Assembly: GCA_024704765.1 (NCBI GenBank)
Contig: JAKMXF010000266.1
Span: 1-64,000, forward strand
Source of the DNA: Oopsacas minuta
Lineage: Eukaryota; Animalia; Porifera
Reading direction: 5' to 3'
DNA: 64,000 bases
Of this stretch, positions 26,901 to 37,368 are shown in pieces. The notes beneath the pieces were generated by a model, which saw only the letters and a list, made by a program, of their open reading frames with translations, was not told where the DNA came from and did not search any database. The translations under genes were made by a program, and so were the position numbers. Positions within the stretch are counted from its first letter, which is position 1. The number at the start of each line of letters is the position of its first letter.

Positions 26901-29900
26901 GTGGAGTATTAGCTACTTTGCTTACATTTCTTGTACTCGGCCTTATCGTAGCAATCACTAACAACTACACCCTAGAGACTATGGGTAGAGTTCGGGCATT
27001 AGACGAGTTGAATAAGAGATCGTTTTATGAGGAAATATCAGCTGAGGAGAATATCTCTAAAAGGAATGCATTCTCTCTTCCTACAACTCGTAAGTACGAG
27101 CTTAACGAGCTAGCTGGAGTTCTATTTGGGAGGATCGGAAACGCATTTATAATGTTATTCACTATACTCACTCTATTCTGTACTGAATGGAACTACTCTA
27201 TTCAAGCAGGTACCTCCTTTGCTACCAATGTACCTATAAACACCAGTACATTTGTAACCTGTAGAGAGACTGAGTTCAGAGAGACTGGATTGCCTACAGG
27301 GCCTTGTCTTAATCTGTATAGATTAGGTCTGTTGTTATTCTGGTTAGTAGCTAGCATGCTGTCTGTGATACAACTGAGAGATCAGAAATACATACAAGCT
27401 ATGTTAGCTATTCTAAGATTACTGTTTATACTGGTAGTTAGTCTGTTTGCGCTCGTAATGATATTGGATAGATCCTTCCTGAGTGATAATACTCATGATA
27501 TTCTCAACTTCACCAATAACTCTGAAGATATACTGCACTCAGGAAGCATAATACTCAGATTCAATGCTCTGTATTGGATGAACAGTCCCTCTATTCTCTT
27601 AAACTCTTACACTATTATAGCATTCATACCAACTTTCTTGTATGTGTCACGTAACAAGAATTCTATCAAATACCGTCTAACCCTAAACAACATTATAATA
27701 TTCATAGTCCTGACTCTGATGAGTGTTCTGTTAGTGTTTGCCTTCCTTGACGAAATTAACGAGAACTTTACAATAAACTGGGCCAAGTACACGAATCCTA
27801 GCTATCCTATATCAGTACAGCTGTTCGCTCATTTCGTAATATTCTATCCTCTGATAGATGTACTATCTTCCTACCCTACTGTTATCCTTATACACTCCAA
27901 CTACGTGTTTGGTATGTTATTCCGTCGGGACACATCTCAGCTAGAATGTTCCAGCAAATACAAGCTTGTCCATGCTCTGATAAAACTATTCCTGAATCTA
28001 CCTCCGATAATTGGTTCTCTCTTCCTTTCTAATCTAGTAACTCTCCTCACATGGACTGGTGTAATGAACTTTATAGTATTCTACTATCTGCCTTGTATTC
28101 TGCAATGGAAATCTCAGTTAGATTGTGTTCATGCTTTTCAGCTTAGAGACAGATCTAAGAAGTTTAATGGTATCCCATCTAAACTGTATTCAGTTGTAAG
28201 GACGCTATTCTTAGTTGAAGCCCCAACATCTGAATCCAGCATCATCAGTAGTTACTTCGTGAACATATGCCTGTTGATTATTGGTACATTTGTCTTATCC
28301 TTGATTATTGTAGGACATCTGACCTAATACAAACACAATACTATATTTCTTACATTAACGCCTGCACACAATACTATATTTCTTACATTAATACCTGCAC
28401 AATACTGCATACTATATTCCTTACATTATACTATTACGTAGTGTATTATACAATTTATTATATGTTATTACTACATGCCCCGTAAGCAGGTACTATCGGG
28501 CTATGCGTCATATGTATATGAGTACTATTTAATTGAAATAATTCCATTACATTTATATAATCCTAAATGGCTGAGACTAGTCTGCTTGACGAGCTGAGCG
28601 TACACTCTATTGTCGAGTACCCGTATTACATGATGGGACGGATAAACTGCTGGGTAGACCTCAAGATAACTACTCCTGTAAGTTATACTGATATCCAGGC
28701 CAGACCCACAATAGATCTAGTTGTAGTAGTAGATCGGAGTAGGTCAATGCGAGGAAAGAATATTTCGTTAGTGAAGCAATCTCTTTGCTTTATTTTATCA
28801 CAATTGAACACGGAAGATCGTCTAGCAGTAGTCGTATACGATAAGACAGCTCAAATTATATTCCCATTCACTCCTGTTACGTCACAGGTTAGAGATAGAC
28901 TATTTGTTCGGATAGAGAGTATTAGCATTGGGAAAGGAACGAATATATGCGAGGGGTTATTGACAGGAATACAATTGTTGAATGGTAGGAAAACAAGCAC
29001 AAACAGACAAGTGAGCTCTCTGCTTCTCTTCTCGGATGGATTCCCTACTGTCGGCATTCTTAACAAGGAGGATATCGTGAAGCAAATACTTAGCACTACT
29101 AATCACAACTTCTTTAACTTAATTGCTGGTATCAAGAGGAGAGATCCGTTCATGATTAGCACTGTAGGTCTAGCGGCTAAGCATGATCCCAACATGCTAC
29201 AAGCTATCAGTCAAAGAGGAAATGGGACATTCTACTCTATACCGTCAGCTGAACAGATACCTACCTTTGTAGCAGAATTTCTAGGTGGTTTGTTGTCCAC
29301 TTTTGCTCAAGAAATCTGTTTAGACATTACTATGGATAACGGGGCTAAGCTAGAGCGGTTTTATGTGCGAGAAGATTCTGAATTTAATGACAATAGTGCT
29401 CGAGTAGTGATTAGAGACATACAGCTGGGAGAAGACAGAGATATTTTATTGGTTCTTATTCTACCTAGACATGAAGGGAAAGAAGCTGAAGTATCTTATC
29501 TAACAGTTCAAGCAAGCTATACTCTATTCGATAAGATGGTACGGACAGATGCTAGAGTTCTGATAACTCGCAGTCTAGGATTTGAAATAAATAGACATGT
29601 GAGTACAGAAGTAAGCATACAACGCAATAGATGGAGAGCTGTAGAGAGTCTGAGGGAAGCTAAGGAACAGGCCAGTCTTGGTAATAAACCAGAAGCTAAG
29701 AGAACTCTCGAAAAATGCAAATTATATATAAATAACTCAGAAACTAGCGAAGCAATGTTATCCGATTGGTTGATAGAAGATTTGAATAGAATTATCAAGG
29801 AACTGGACAAGGAAGAATTATTGAAAACCAGTGGTATTTCACTGCTCACAGCTACTCTAGAGAGTCATTCTAGACAAAGGTCGTGCTCCTGCGGGACTGG

Positions 29901-31264
29901 AGTATACATCACCCCATCTCGAGTAAATATGATAACTGAAAATGATCATTTTAATATCTGAAATTCTCATTTAATTAATTACTTGCTTTTCTGCATTCAT
30001 AAGCTTTGTTGTATTTCAGTTATTAACGCAATTATTAATATTGAATTTGTGTGTAGATGCAGTGGATGAGAACAATTTTATGGTGGATAAGGAAGGTACA
30101 CTATACTCAGTGAGTGAAGTGAACAGAAATTTTGCAAACTATCCTCTTAAGATCACTGCTATAAACAAATTTGGTGGAAAGGAATCTAGCACTTACGTAA
30201 TTGTGAATACATTGAGAGCTAATCTAATAACAGAGCTGCTACTTAACATTAGTTACCAGGAGTTTGATGCTAATATTAATACATATGTAATGTGGCTAGA
30301 TGACCAGGTGCCCTCTACTGACACGTTTCAGCTGGTTGAGTATCACATACAGGATGGAATAGTTAATGTTAGTTTGTATGTAGTGCAAGGTATTTACTAT
30401 CCAAATAATACAAGTCCTGATGTAGACAGTATAGATTTGGATCCTAAGCCTTTCCTTACAGTAGAAACAGTTTGTGAATTGTACTATAGTGAATTGAGTA
30501 AAGTGTTAATCTGTAAAGAAAGGTAAGTCAGTAGAAGTAATGATTTTACAGGGTATAATCTATGACAATATTTTTAGATTTGAGGTTGAAACGATTGAGC
30601 CAGCAGCTTCATCACTGGTTTGGCTTATTATCCTATTCATAGTATTGATAGTATTAATCCTAGCATGTATGCTATTACTCTGCCTTGGAGCATACATATA
30701 CTACAAATGGCAGGAAGAGAAGCTTCTTATCGATGAGACTATATTCGAGCATCCTTATATGATAGCCAGACCTCTGGGGGCATATGAGATGCAGGAGGAG
30801 CTTAGAAAGCTGGGCAAGAGAGGAAGGGGAAAAGCATCCAGTGAGTAGTAATAACCCATCTTATATAGGTGTATACCTGTATTATTAATCGGTATTTATA
30901 GTGGGAGGAGCATATGATGATGAGGAAAGAGGTTATCAGCTGGGGAGAGGTAGAGACTACCACTCTAGTGATGAGAACATAGACGATACATTTGTGAATG
31001 ACTACGCATCTTCTGATTCCAGTCTTTCTGTATACGGTTAGTTACATCCAACTATATTTTAAAATCTAGTCCTGTTAAAGCATTATAGCTATGTTATATT
31101 GCTACATGCATTTAGGACAAGATTATTCTAAATTCGAGCAGATGGAGACCTGGAAAAAGTACAGGAACATGGGACCGCAATTGAGACAGATGGTAGAGAG
31201 ATGGAGAGATGGTGACAATATTATTCTAGAGGACGATGAACCCAAAGGAGAGATGTCTGTTTGA
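2942..31264 (+). CDS. Giant single-pass cadherin, about 6,441 aa, 21 exons (roughly 55-58 EC repeats, membrane-adjacent domain, TM, cytoplasmic tail)
   Basis: Hand-built join: 2942-3298, 3415-3574, 3640-4517, 7349-14057, 14115-15050, 15107-15507, 17082-17337, 17411-17787, 17842-18061, 18115-23618, 23672-23932, 23995-24565, 24635-24849, 24907-25138, 25223-25694, 25753-26194, 26249-26570, 30057-30522, 30578-30840, 30902-31036, 31116-31264. All introns are GT-AG and phases agree; total 19,326 nt (divisible by 3). Signal peptide at the start, repeated LDYE/DxNDNxP/AxDxD calcium motifs, TM segment LVWLIILFIVLIVLILACMLLLCLGAYIYY. Confidence 0.85.
5102..7135 (+). CDS. MCOLN: Mucolipin / TRPML lysosomal cation channel, nested in cadherin intron 3 (same strand)
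   Basis: 677-aa intronless ORF. Pore motif SECLFSLLNGDDMYNTF, N-terminal FMNPFEKMKYRERRRMPWKL polybasic segment, large luminal loop, six TM segments. Cannot be assigned to MCOLN1, 2 or 3. Confidence 0.95.
   Translation: MSARKFNLNPPNRNPTESSLIPDIIINAPSVQGYDSSSPIDHRLQEPLIKPDPQSMHQQRVPRWRRDSSLLGNSLLFCCSGYKLNSSQETSIPTRSASHQEEIDKMRQELQFHFMNPFEKMKYRERRRMPWKLIFQILQVLAITIQLWTFSQAKFNVASFLSKNSATFNRYFILGYSSDPDEYAIYTVDDLQSSITHAIERYYCIQNKSLGPYDYSLMNGTIPLIELCLNKYKSGIIYSFNHSYDFDSDTEDVCHRINQTNILESVAKFINPLTLDSLILTKLSFSLSSVYLKAWPNPDCVIFDISINYDHSDHDGRVPVCVKHEYETIDCINLRTNSNDQRFVSANPLNQYGLYDCVIILLCLATSFLCLRSIFRTLTKAIRVKRFFIKHFSRSLNVGELWPMFNIWFIGLVIGNFFAILGSFWKIMIEHKILETKQFDLCSLMLGVGVLFGWCSMLRFFSYFEKYNILLLTLRLALPNVIRFIICILIVYIACCLVGWVILGPYHSKFRDVLTTSECLFSLLNGDDMYNTFQELRSASIPIRIFCEIYLYVFISLFIYVVLSLFISLISETYENLKHGGRLFAFSLLEQFAYCTDGSQIFIGGQRCDSTGNCQAHLQNSNQFNNLAPAGYQGIDPNNLSNSNSHMAVPNSMGGNFHLNSYSFVKAVNPEPNPKIL
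15610..16917 (-). CDS. Type I membrane protein with a calcium-binding EGF array (fibrillin/fibulin-type EGFs), antisense in cadherin intron 6
   Basis: Likely ATG at 16917 (the track start at 16971 is GTG). Signal peptide, one or two EGF-like modules, six D(I)DEC/DINEC cbEGF modules, then a hydrophobic TM (AAIIIIGITIVVLITIAVVSIIAIVLAVF). The ORF stops right after the TM at GTAAGC, a probable donor, so the true 3' end is uncertain. Confidence 0.82.
   Translation of the reverse strand: MEELSVFSMLYNCYMFIGTILLVFNSILVHSQSCEELPFILQIQEATNNLCSPSNQNITESEICFIKLNDTSYECACKVNTETILEGISYTFQFTNSCLTNQTIINPCESSCGNGTCSQNGLNTVCICNNGFELANDNCVDIDECTGNISLCEHNCHNTVGSYSCSCRDGYTIRDGIFCEDIDECSTVSPSPCDQICSNILGSYECDCNSGYIIDNTGNCSDINECEDMTHSCREDQLCINQLGGFECVCKKGFGNNRDLQKCLDIDECQYERNFTIWQNLTGLPNICEQLCVNMIGRVECDCTTGYSLDNNNYNCSDIDECSQEICAHNCSNNIASFTCSCMSGYVLDSNQRDCEDINECNITPKVCNQICINKNGSYECECESGFVLATANECIAIDNSLSVAAIIIIGITIVVLITIAVVSIIAIVLAVFVS
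26786..28327 (+). CDS. TMEM104-like amino-acid/auxin permease family transporter, nested in cadherin intron 17 (same strand)
   Basis: 513-aa intronless multi-TM ORF. N-terminal GYVFGFFYSFNYLIGG...PFVFFHSG...FLVLGLIVAITNNYTLETMGR resembles TMEM104 (VGLVYMFNLIVGTG...FVIEAMA); also RKYELNELAGVLFG and FYPLIDVLSSYP. Divergent. Confidence 0.72.
   Translation: MKERGKSPETLGYVFGFFYSFNYLIGGFFVSIPFVFFHSGVLATLLTFLVLGLIVAITNNYTLETMGRVRALDELNKRSFYEEISAEENISKRNAFSLPTTRKYELNELAGVLFGRIGNAFIMLFTILTLFCTEWNYSIQAGTSFATNVPINTSTFVTCRETEFRETGLPTGPCLNLYRLGLLLFWLVASMLSVIQLRDQKYIQAMLAILRLLFILVVSLFALVMILDRSFLSDNTHDILNFTNNSEDILHSGSIILRFNALYWMNSPSILLNSYTIIAFIPTFLYVSRNKNSIKYRLTLNNIIIFIVLTLMSVLLVFAFLDEINENFTINWAKYTNPSYPISVQLFAHFVIFYPLIDVLSSYPTVILIHSNYVFGMLFRRDTSQLECSSKYKLVHALIKLFLNLPPIIGSLFLSNLVTLLTWTGVMNFIVFYYLPCILQWKSQLDCVHAFQLRDRSKKFNGIPSKLYSVVRTLFLVEAPTSESSIISSYFVNICLLIIGTFVLSLIIVGHLT
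28334..28432. repeat. Short tandem repeat, about 31-33 bp x 3, in the gap between the two nested genes
   Basis: CACAATACTATATTTCTTACATTAA(CG/TA)CCTG at 28334 and 28367, plus a degenerate third copy at 28398. Confidence 0.8.
28567..29961 (+). CDS. Cytoplasmic von Willebrand factor A (VWA) domain protein, nested in cadherin intron 17 (same strand)
   Basis: 464 aa, intronless. MIDAS motif IDLVVVVDRSRSM...GTN...LLLFSDG; C-terminal helical region ending HSRQRS. Paralogous to the VWA genes at 49615 and 51785. No signal peptide. Confidence 0.88.
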   Translation: MAETSLLDELSVHSIVEYPYYMMGRINCWVDLKITTPVSYTDIQARPTIDLVVVVDRSRSMRGKNISLVKQSLCFILSQLNTEDRLAVVVYDKTAQIIFPFTPVTSQVRDRLFVRIESISIGKGTNICEGLLTGIQLLNGRKTSTNRQVSSLLLFSDGFPTVGILNKEDIVKQILSTTNHNFFNLIAGIKRRDPFMISTVGLAAKHDPNMLQAISQRGNGTFYSIPSAEQIPTFVAEFLGGLLSTFAQEICLDITMDNGAKLERFYVREDSEFNDNSARVVIRDIQLGEDRDILLVLILPRHEGKEAEVSYLTVQASYTLFDKMVRTDARVLITRSLGFEINRHVSTEVSIQRNRWRAVESLREAKEQASLGNKPEAKRTLEKCKLYINNSETSEAMLSDWLIEDLNRIIKELDKEELLKTSGISLLTATLESHSRQRSCSCGTGVYITPSRVNMITENDHFNI

Positions 31265-31356
31265 ATCATCTTAGTTTTAACTCACTAAAATTTTTCAATT
31301 TTTTATTTTCATTTTCTACCCCCATAAGTACATTAAATATAGTATAAGTGTCTTAA

Positions 31357-33388
31357 CTATTCGTTTTGAGTTTTACATATCTTAATATCAGAAGAGAAAT
31401 CAGGTTGCTCCAGGATCAGGGAGTGCTCGTTAGCCAGATGAAGTAGAGTAGAGAATAGAACTGCCTTCGTAACGTGTTCATTAGCATTGGTATTTAGCAT
31501 TGTATCACATATTAGTGAGAATACCATTGCACCAGTATCATCTCCAGGATTTTCTTGTGTATTTATAAAATTCCACATATGATCCTTGAGAGCTTTCATA
31601 TCAATCTGCTTAAGCCTCCTGTCAAAGTTAAGCACTATTTTCTCAGGTCTGAGAGGAGGAGCTACCATACTGATGTTTTTATCAGATAGAGAGATCTCAG
31701 GATCCATTTTATCACCCTCTTGATTTTCAAATGGAATATAAGCAGATACATCGGCATCTCCGTCGTAGTTATAGTAAGATGCGTCACCTGTTATTTCTTC
31801 ACTTCCTGTCTGTGCTGACTGCTTCTTTATCTTCACATATGCAGACGGTATGAGGAATAGAGAGGAGAGTTTCCTGGAGTCAAATGGCAGAGATTGCTCT
31901 TCGTTTCTATAGAAATTCTTTTGCTCTGCCTTAGCAACCACAGATTTGTCTGTGTTTTGATTGCTCTTACAAGATTTTTGGTACTCCAAATCATTAGCTG
32001 ATAATTCTGAGCTGAAATCAATTAATTGAGATTTCTTAGGTTCTTTAATTTTAGCAGGCTTATGCTGTACAGCTGATGACTTACTGTTAGCTCGATTGAA
32101 CTTCTCTTCCTTCTTCTTCAGCTCTTTGAGTGTATCAGCATTAAGATATGAGTATTCATTTATGTCAATCATTTCTAGAGTCCTGGTTATTAAGGTCAAA
32201 GGAGAAGGAGGAGGACAGGGGACAGGTACATCCGGTTCTGACTCACTATTGTCAGGAGACTGGAATGAATCCTCTACCTCGGGTATGAACAGCTGTGGAG
32301 AGAGAGAATGAGTAGGAGATTGAGTCTGTGTATCGCTATTACTCTCTTCTCTTCGTTCACTGGATACTTTCACAAACTTTCCTTTCTCATTGAACTCATA
32401 ACCTTCCAGGGTTGGCCATGTAGTGGGAGCAGGACTATGGTCAATACTGTCCCACATTTGAAACAATTTTTTCACACACTCGCTCCCTTCCTGGTGCTTA
32501 CAGTCATGCCAGGGACTTTCGTATGTGAAATTATAGGGCTGAGAGGAATCTATCTGTAGCTGGAAATACCTCTCACTAATTGGAAAATGAAATGACAATA
32601 AACTACTAGAGGTACCTATATCACTTGCTGCTGCTAGTTTCTCCCAGATCGGATCTCTTTTAGGTTGTAACTCCAAATTACGATAATTTAAATTCTCAGG
32701 CTTCTCAAGCACACTTTTACTTTTTGCCTTTTTAGCTTTTCCTTTCTTCTCACTATTAGATTGTTCATCTCCCCCATCATTGACCTCTATGCCCCCAGCG
32801 ACCTCTGTACCCTCATTTGTCTGTCTTGTGCCTAGGGTCCCCAACACAGAGTAGGTATCATTATGCATAGCATCTACTCTACCTGCGTATATCTTAGCTG
32901 AAGCGTCTACAGCCATACCAGCCATCTTAAAGTCTGTCTCTCCTTCATTGGTCCATGCTTCTGTAGAGGTTAGAGAGTTCAGTTTTAGAAGGAAAGCATT
33001 CTTACAGTTTATTTTATTCTCAGTACTCAATCGTATACACTCCATGTAATGATCTTTTATATGAGTCATGTCTAGGGTAGAGTTACTGGCCACTACTCGC
33101 CTGGCTCTTCTGCTCTCGTTAGGGGATGGAGAGCCTGAAAGAGAGGAAAATGACAACAATATGATTAAATTATTATTATTATTTACCTATTACTGCTTCC
33201 CCTATAGAAATATTTAACAGAGATTTATTCTTTTTGAGATTGTATGAATCATTTCTTAGTCTTGATACATCTCCTCTCGTCTCATCCAAATAAGTATTAT
33301 TATAATTATTGTGCTGTATTCTAGGTCTACTGGGTCCACTGCTGTCTAGACTTATGACTGAGAGAGATTCTGCTAACTCTGTAGCCAT
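31357..33388 (-). CDS. NCAPH: Condensin I kleisin subunit (barren / Cnd2), 2 exons, about 659 aa
   Basis: join(33388-33187, 33134-31357) with a 52-nt GT-AG intron. HYMECIRLSTENKINCKNAF and DFKMAGMAVDASAKIYAGRVD kleisin N-terminal motifs; C-terminal LKQIDMKALK...FSTLLHLANEHSLILEQ. Confidence 0.92.
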
Positions 33389-33621
33389 CTTGTTTGCAAT
33401 AGAGTAGAGTTTATTAACTACAGATATAAGTATTTCCCCAATTTATCTAATAGATTCAAAAACATCGATTCTCAGAAAATCAAATCTCTGAATAGTTCTA
33501 TATACAAATAAATTAATTAATAAATACTTATATGTACATCACACGAGGGAAGCTAAAATTGATCAAAATATTTATATCTATAATTCTTTATAGTTTTTCA
33601 GCTCAATATATGCAGTAATAG

Positions 33622-36600
33622 TTACTTGTGTAGATTCGTATGGATTTGCCAGGTAATCAGTACCCTCAAGCTGTTTTCCCTACTCTCATTCACCTTAGTA
33701 TGGAAATGTGTGGTAGCCTCCTCGTCAGTACCACTCAATAGAAATACTCTCTGTAGATAAGCCAGGTCATTAACACTAGTCAGTTCTGGTATTCCTGTAC
33801 ATTTCATCATGCTGAATAGGGTAATGAACAGAGCAGAGTGTCTGCGTAAGATCAGGTAAGCGCGGGTAGCTATTTCCAGGAACTGAGTGTATAGAGCACC
33901 TGACTTACCTCCCATTATATACACAAAGTCAGGTGTTAAAATAAACGGTACAGGCTCTCTATCTACTCCCAATTTCTTCTTCTTGTTTCCCAGAAAATGT
34001 CCGAAATCAATATGGAATAGGTTCCCATTCTCAGTAACCATAATATTATCATTATGTCTATCTCCTATCCCTAGAATATATGTAGCTACACAGTAGCCAG
34101 CACATGAGTACATGAAGTTCTCTTTAGCTTTCTTTAGATCATCCTGATGCTGGTTCTTCTTCTCTAGCCAATCTAGTAACACACTCTCTTTAAAAGCACT
34201 GAGTAAAACACCTGCTTCTTTCTGTATATTACACACAGTATTAGCTTGTTGTACTACTTCTATGAGTCCTTCTTCAAATCCAGTAGACAAGCATCCGTAG
34301 GGGATCATATGCAGATCCATTCCGTTCTGTAACCACAGATTATTCATTATCTTTAGCATTTGTAGAGTGAGCATGTCTTGTCTCAGATCATCTCCATGCT
34401 TCATTATTATCTTTATCTGGGATATGGGATTGTATTCGTCTTTGTTACAAAACTCTAGCCAAATAGGTTTCTTCTTAGAATCCATAACCTAAACACTCTT
34501 ACAATCAATATACATATATTAAAATATCATAAAGAGATATACCTTAATCTTTTTGTAGTTGAGGTCTCCCACAAGTAGAGCCGGGTCGTATACAGGACAG
34601 AAAACAGCTGGTAACTTAATGTTCTCTGTATTGGTAGTAATCAGCTGAGCTTGCTGTTTCTTGTATTCTGGCTTCTCTATTCCTTCCTTTATCCGTTTGG
34701 AGCAAGCAACAATATCAGTAACAAACTCTACCTGCTTCCTGAATGAGTTAATCATTTCACTACCACACCCGTTCAGATAGGCCTCCAACAAGATAGAAAA
34801 TCTCTGTAAGTACTCGTGTGTACCCATCTCAGACCTCAGGAACCAGTAGAAGTAGTGTCCTACCGTTTTAGACTTAAGAGCTCTCTCCAGTAGAAATCTC
34901 CCTAACGCTGAATCATGATAAGGCTCAAACTTAAGTACCTGTACCATTTGTAAGAGGTACAGCTGTACTTCTTCATCACTCATCTTCTCTAACCTCTTAA
35001 CAGCTAATTTCCTAACCTCAGCATCTGCTACGTGGTAATCTAACAGCTGCATAGCTACCTCTAGAGATAGAGGTGCCCATCTCTTGAGCATTTGATGAGA
35101 TAGACTTACTTCTTCTACATTACCCCAGTCTAGAGATAGTAAATACTTAGGTAGTGCTTCTGCTCGCTGACTGCTGTAATGCAGGTATTTCTGTACCAGG
35201 GCCTTCTCTCTATGAGTCAGTTCCTTAAGAGGATCCCCGGATATAGCTTTATCCAACTCTATCTTCTCCTCCACCTCTGGTACCAGGTCGGGTACATTCT
35301 GTCCTTCATCTCCTCCCTCTAGACCGGACGGATAAGCTACAGGGTGTGCGTATGTGTCTAACTCTACGAATAAGAACCCAGCCTTGTTGGTGACAGGATT
35401 AACAGCTGTAGAACCAGCTGGACTAGGATCAATACCCTCATTAACTCCATAGCTGTGATACAGATCACGACTCCTCTCAGAATCAAGACTTTCAGGAGTG
35501 GGAGCTGGCCATAGAGGGAGTCTCTGCACCCCTGTACGGAGGATAGATCTGTGATCTAACAGCTGTAGATTCACCCAGTGTAGGGTAACCAAACCTTTCT
35601 GTTTGGTCATAGTCTTTTCTTTATTGACACCTCTATCGTTCTGATCTCCCTGGGACCTAGGGTCTTTTTTTCCGCGAACTACAAGATGTAATCTCGCGGC
35701 TTTTGGTAGGTCTTTAACGCGGAGTTGGAAGGTTAACCATTGTGACCATCTGGGGTGTTGAGATATCCTAGCATCCTCTGTAAACACATCTTGACATAAC
35801 AGTATACCCCCATGGTATAGGGATGCTCTTACAAACACAGTAGCTAGCTCCATAGGAAATGTATGTAGATTGTCTATGCCTAAGAATCGTATCCTGAATG
35901 GCTTGTTTATTTCAAACATTGATATGCTTACAATATCTGAATGGTGCTCACGGTTAGACGCAGACAGCTGATTATGAGTACCACTTAAGCCCACAGAATC
36001 ATCTAGCAAGAATGAACTGTCCTGGAATTCTAACTTATCTTTATTAGGATCTAATCTGTGAGTTAGTGCGAATTCTAACGGCAATATGTTCTTGGTGATG
36101 CAGGTCCTGATATACGTGTAGTTTATGAGAGGCTGATCTCCGTATAAGTATGTAGTTCTTCCGTATGACCTCAATACATACATTGAGTATTCCTCTTCTT
36201 TGAGATCTGGTAGCATCTTAGCTATCACCACTGTCATCAGCTGATCACCGTTTACATCAGCTAGATCTATATCTTTGAACATCTTAGTGACAGTACCTAG
36301 ATGTACTCTGCAATGAAGGGTTGTCTTCATTGATCTAAGAAATTGCATAATATACTTATACTATGCTATTTAGCATAGGGCAGTTACTTACATGGGTACA
36401 GCTGTTTGTGTCATCTGTCGTTCCATGGTATAATCAATAACATCTCTCTCATTCACAGCCTTCAGGCGCACTCCATTCAGCTTTCGTCTCGTCATCTGTA
36501 CTTCATCGTTCTGAGCTCCTTCGAAGAGCTGTAAGTCCACAGAAATGAGATAAGACAGCAATAATCTAAATTGTTTCTCTTGTACATAATTCTCTATCTT

Positions 36601-37013
36601 CTTTGTTATAAACAGTATGCCATTCCCTACCTATAAAATAATAATTATAATTATAATAATATTCTAACGTATATACAGACTTATTTCAAGACGCTAACCT
36701 GCTCCTTCTTCCACTGTTTGATAACCCCTAGTGTCTGGAACATCTGTCTCTCATCAAACAGTTCGTACATAGTATCTTTCTTCTTATAAGTGAATGTATA
36801 ATTATCTTTGTTATAGAGATCAATCGAAGTCTTCTTCCCCATAAATTTACTATCATACAGAGCTCTCCATAGATTATCCTTTATCTGACCTACAGTCTGG
36901 TTACCCCCACACTCCATCATCAGTTCTCTATACCCGCTGGTTAGAGGGATCATAAACTTTACATTGTATACTTCACATGTCAGCATAATAGATTCTGTCA
37001 CAACTAATGTCAT
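33622..37013 (-). CDS. Class I phosphatidylinositol 3-kinase catalytic subunit (p110), 4 exons, about 1,070 aa
   Basis: join(37013-36699, 36630-36392, 36334-34543, 34488-33622); introns of 68, 57 and 54 nt. ABD/RBD/C2/helical order; kinase motifs KHGDDLRQDMLTLQ, ILGIGDRHNDNIM, FHIDFGHFLG. Vertebrate paralog not assignable. Confidence 0.93.
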
Positions 37014-37368
37014 ATTGTCTCTTGTATGGCTAATTTGTATAATAATATTATTATTATTAATATAGCCACGTGCGTTACGTACACAACCTTATTGTAGATA
37101 TTTCTATGAATGTTATACCTTGTGCATTATAGTCTATTCAGAGCATTTATGCTAGCTAGAGTATAGGAGAATATCCACTATAAGAAAGAGCTGATGATCT
37201 CAAGTTGTACAATAACTTTATACATACTAATGGTTTATAATTGTGTCCAGTTTAGGGCATTAGTCTATTTCAATGTTAACTAACCACTACATTAGATTGG
37301 CTTTATACAAGTATGCATGATTTAACTGTAACTTATATTAATATTGAATAGACACAATTAGGTGGAAA

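Noticed and set aside
2942-31264. Reading the many cadherin ORFs as a cluster of separate protocadherin genes
   Set aside because: Only one signal peptide and one TM. All pieces join by in-phase GT-AG introns that rebuild EC motifs.
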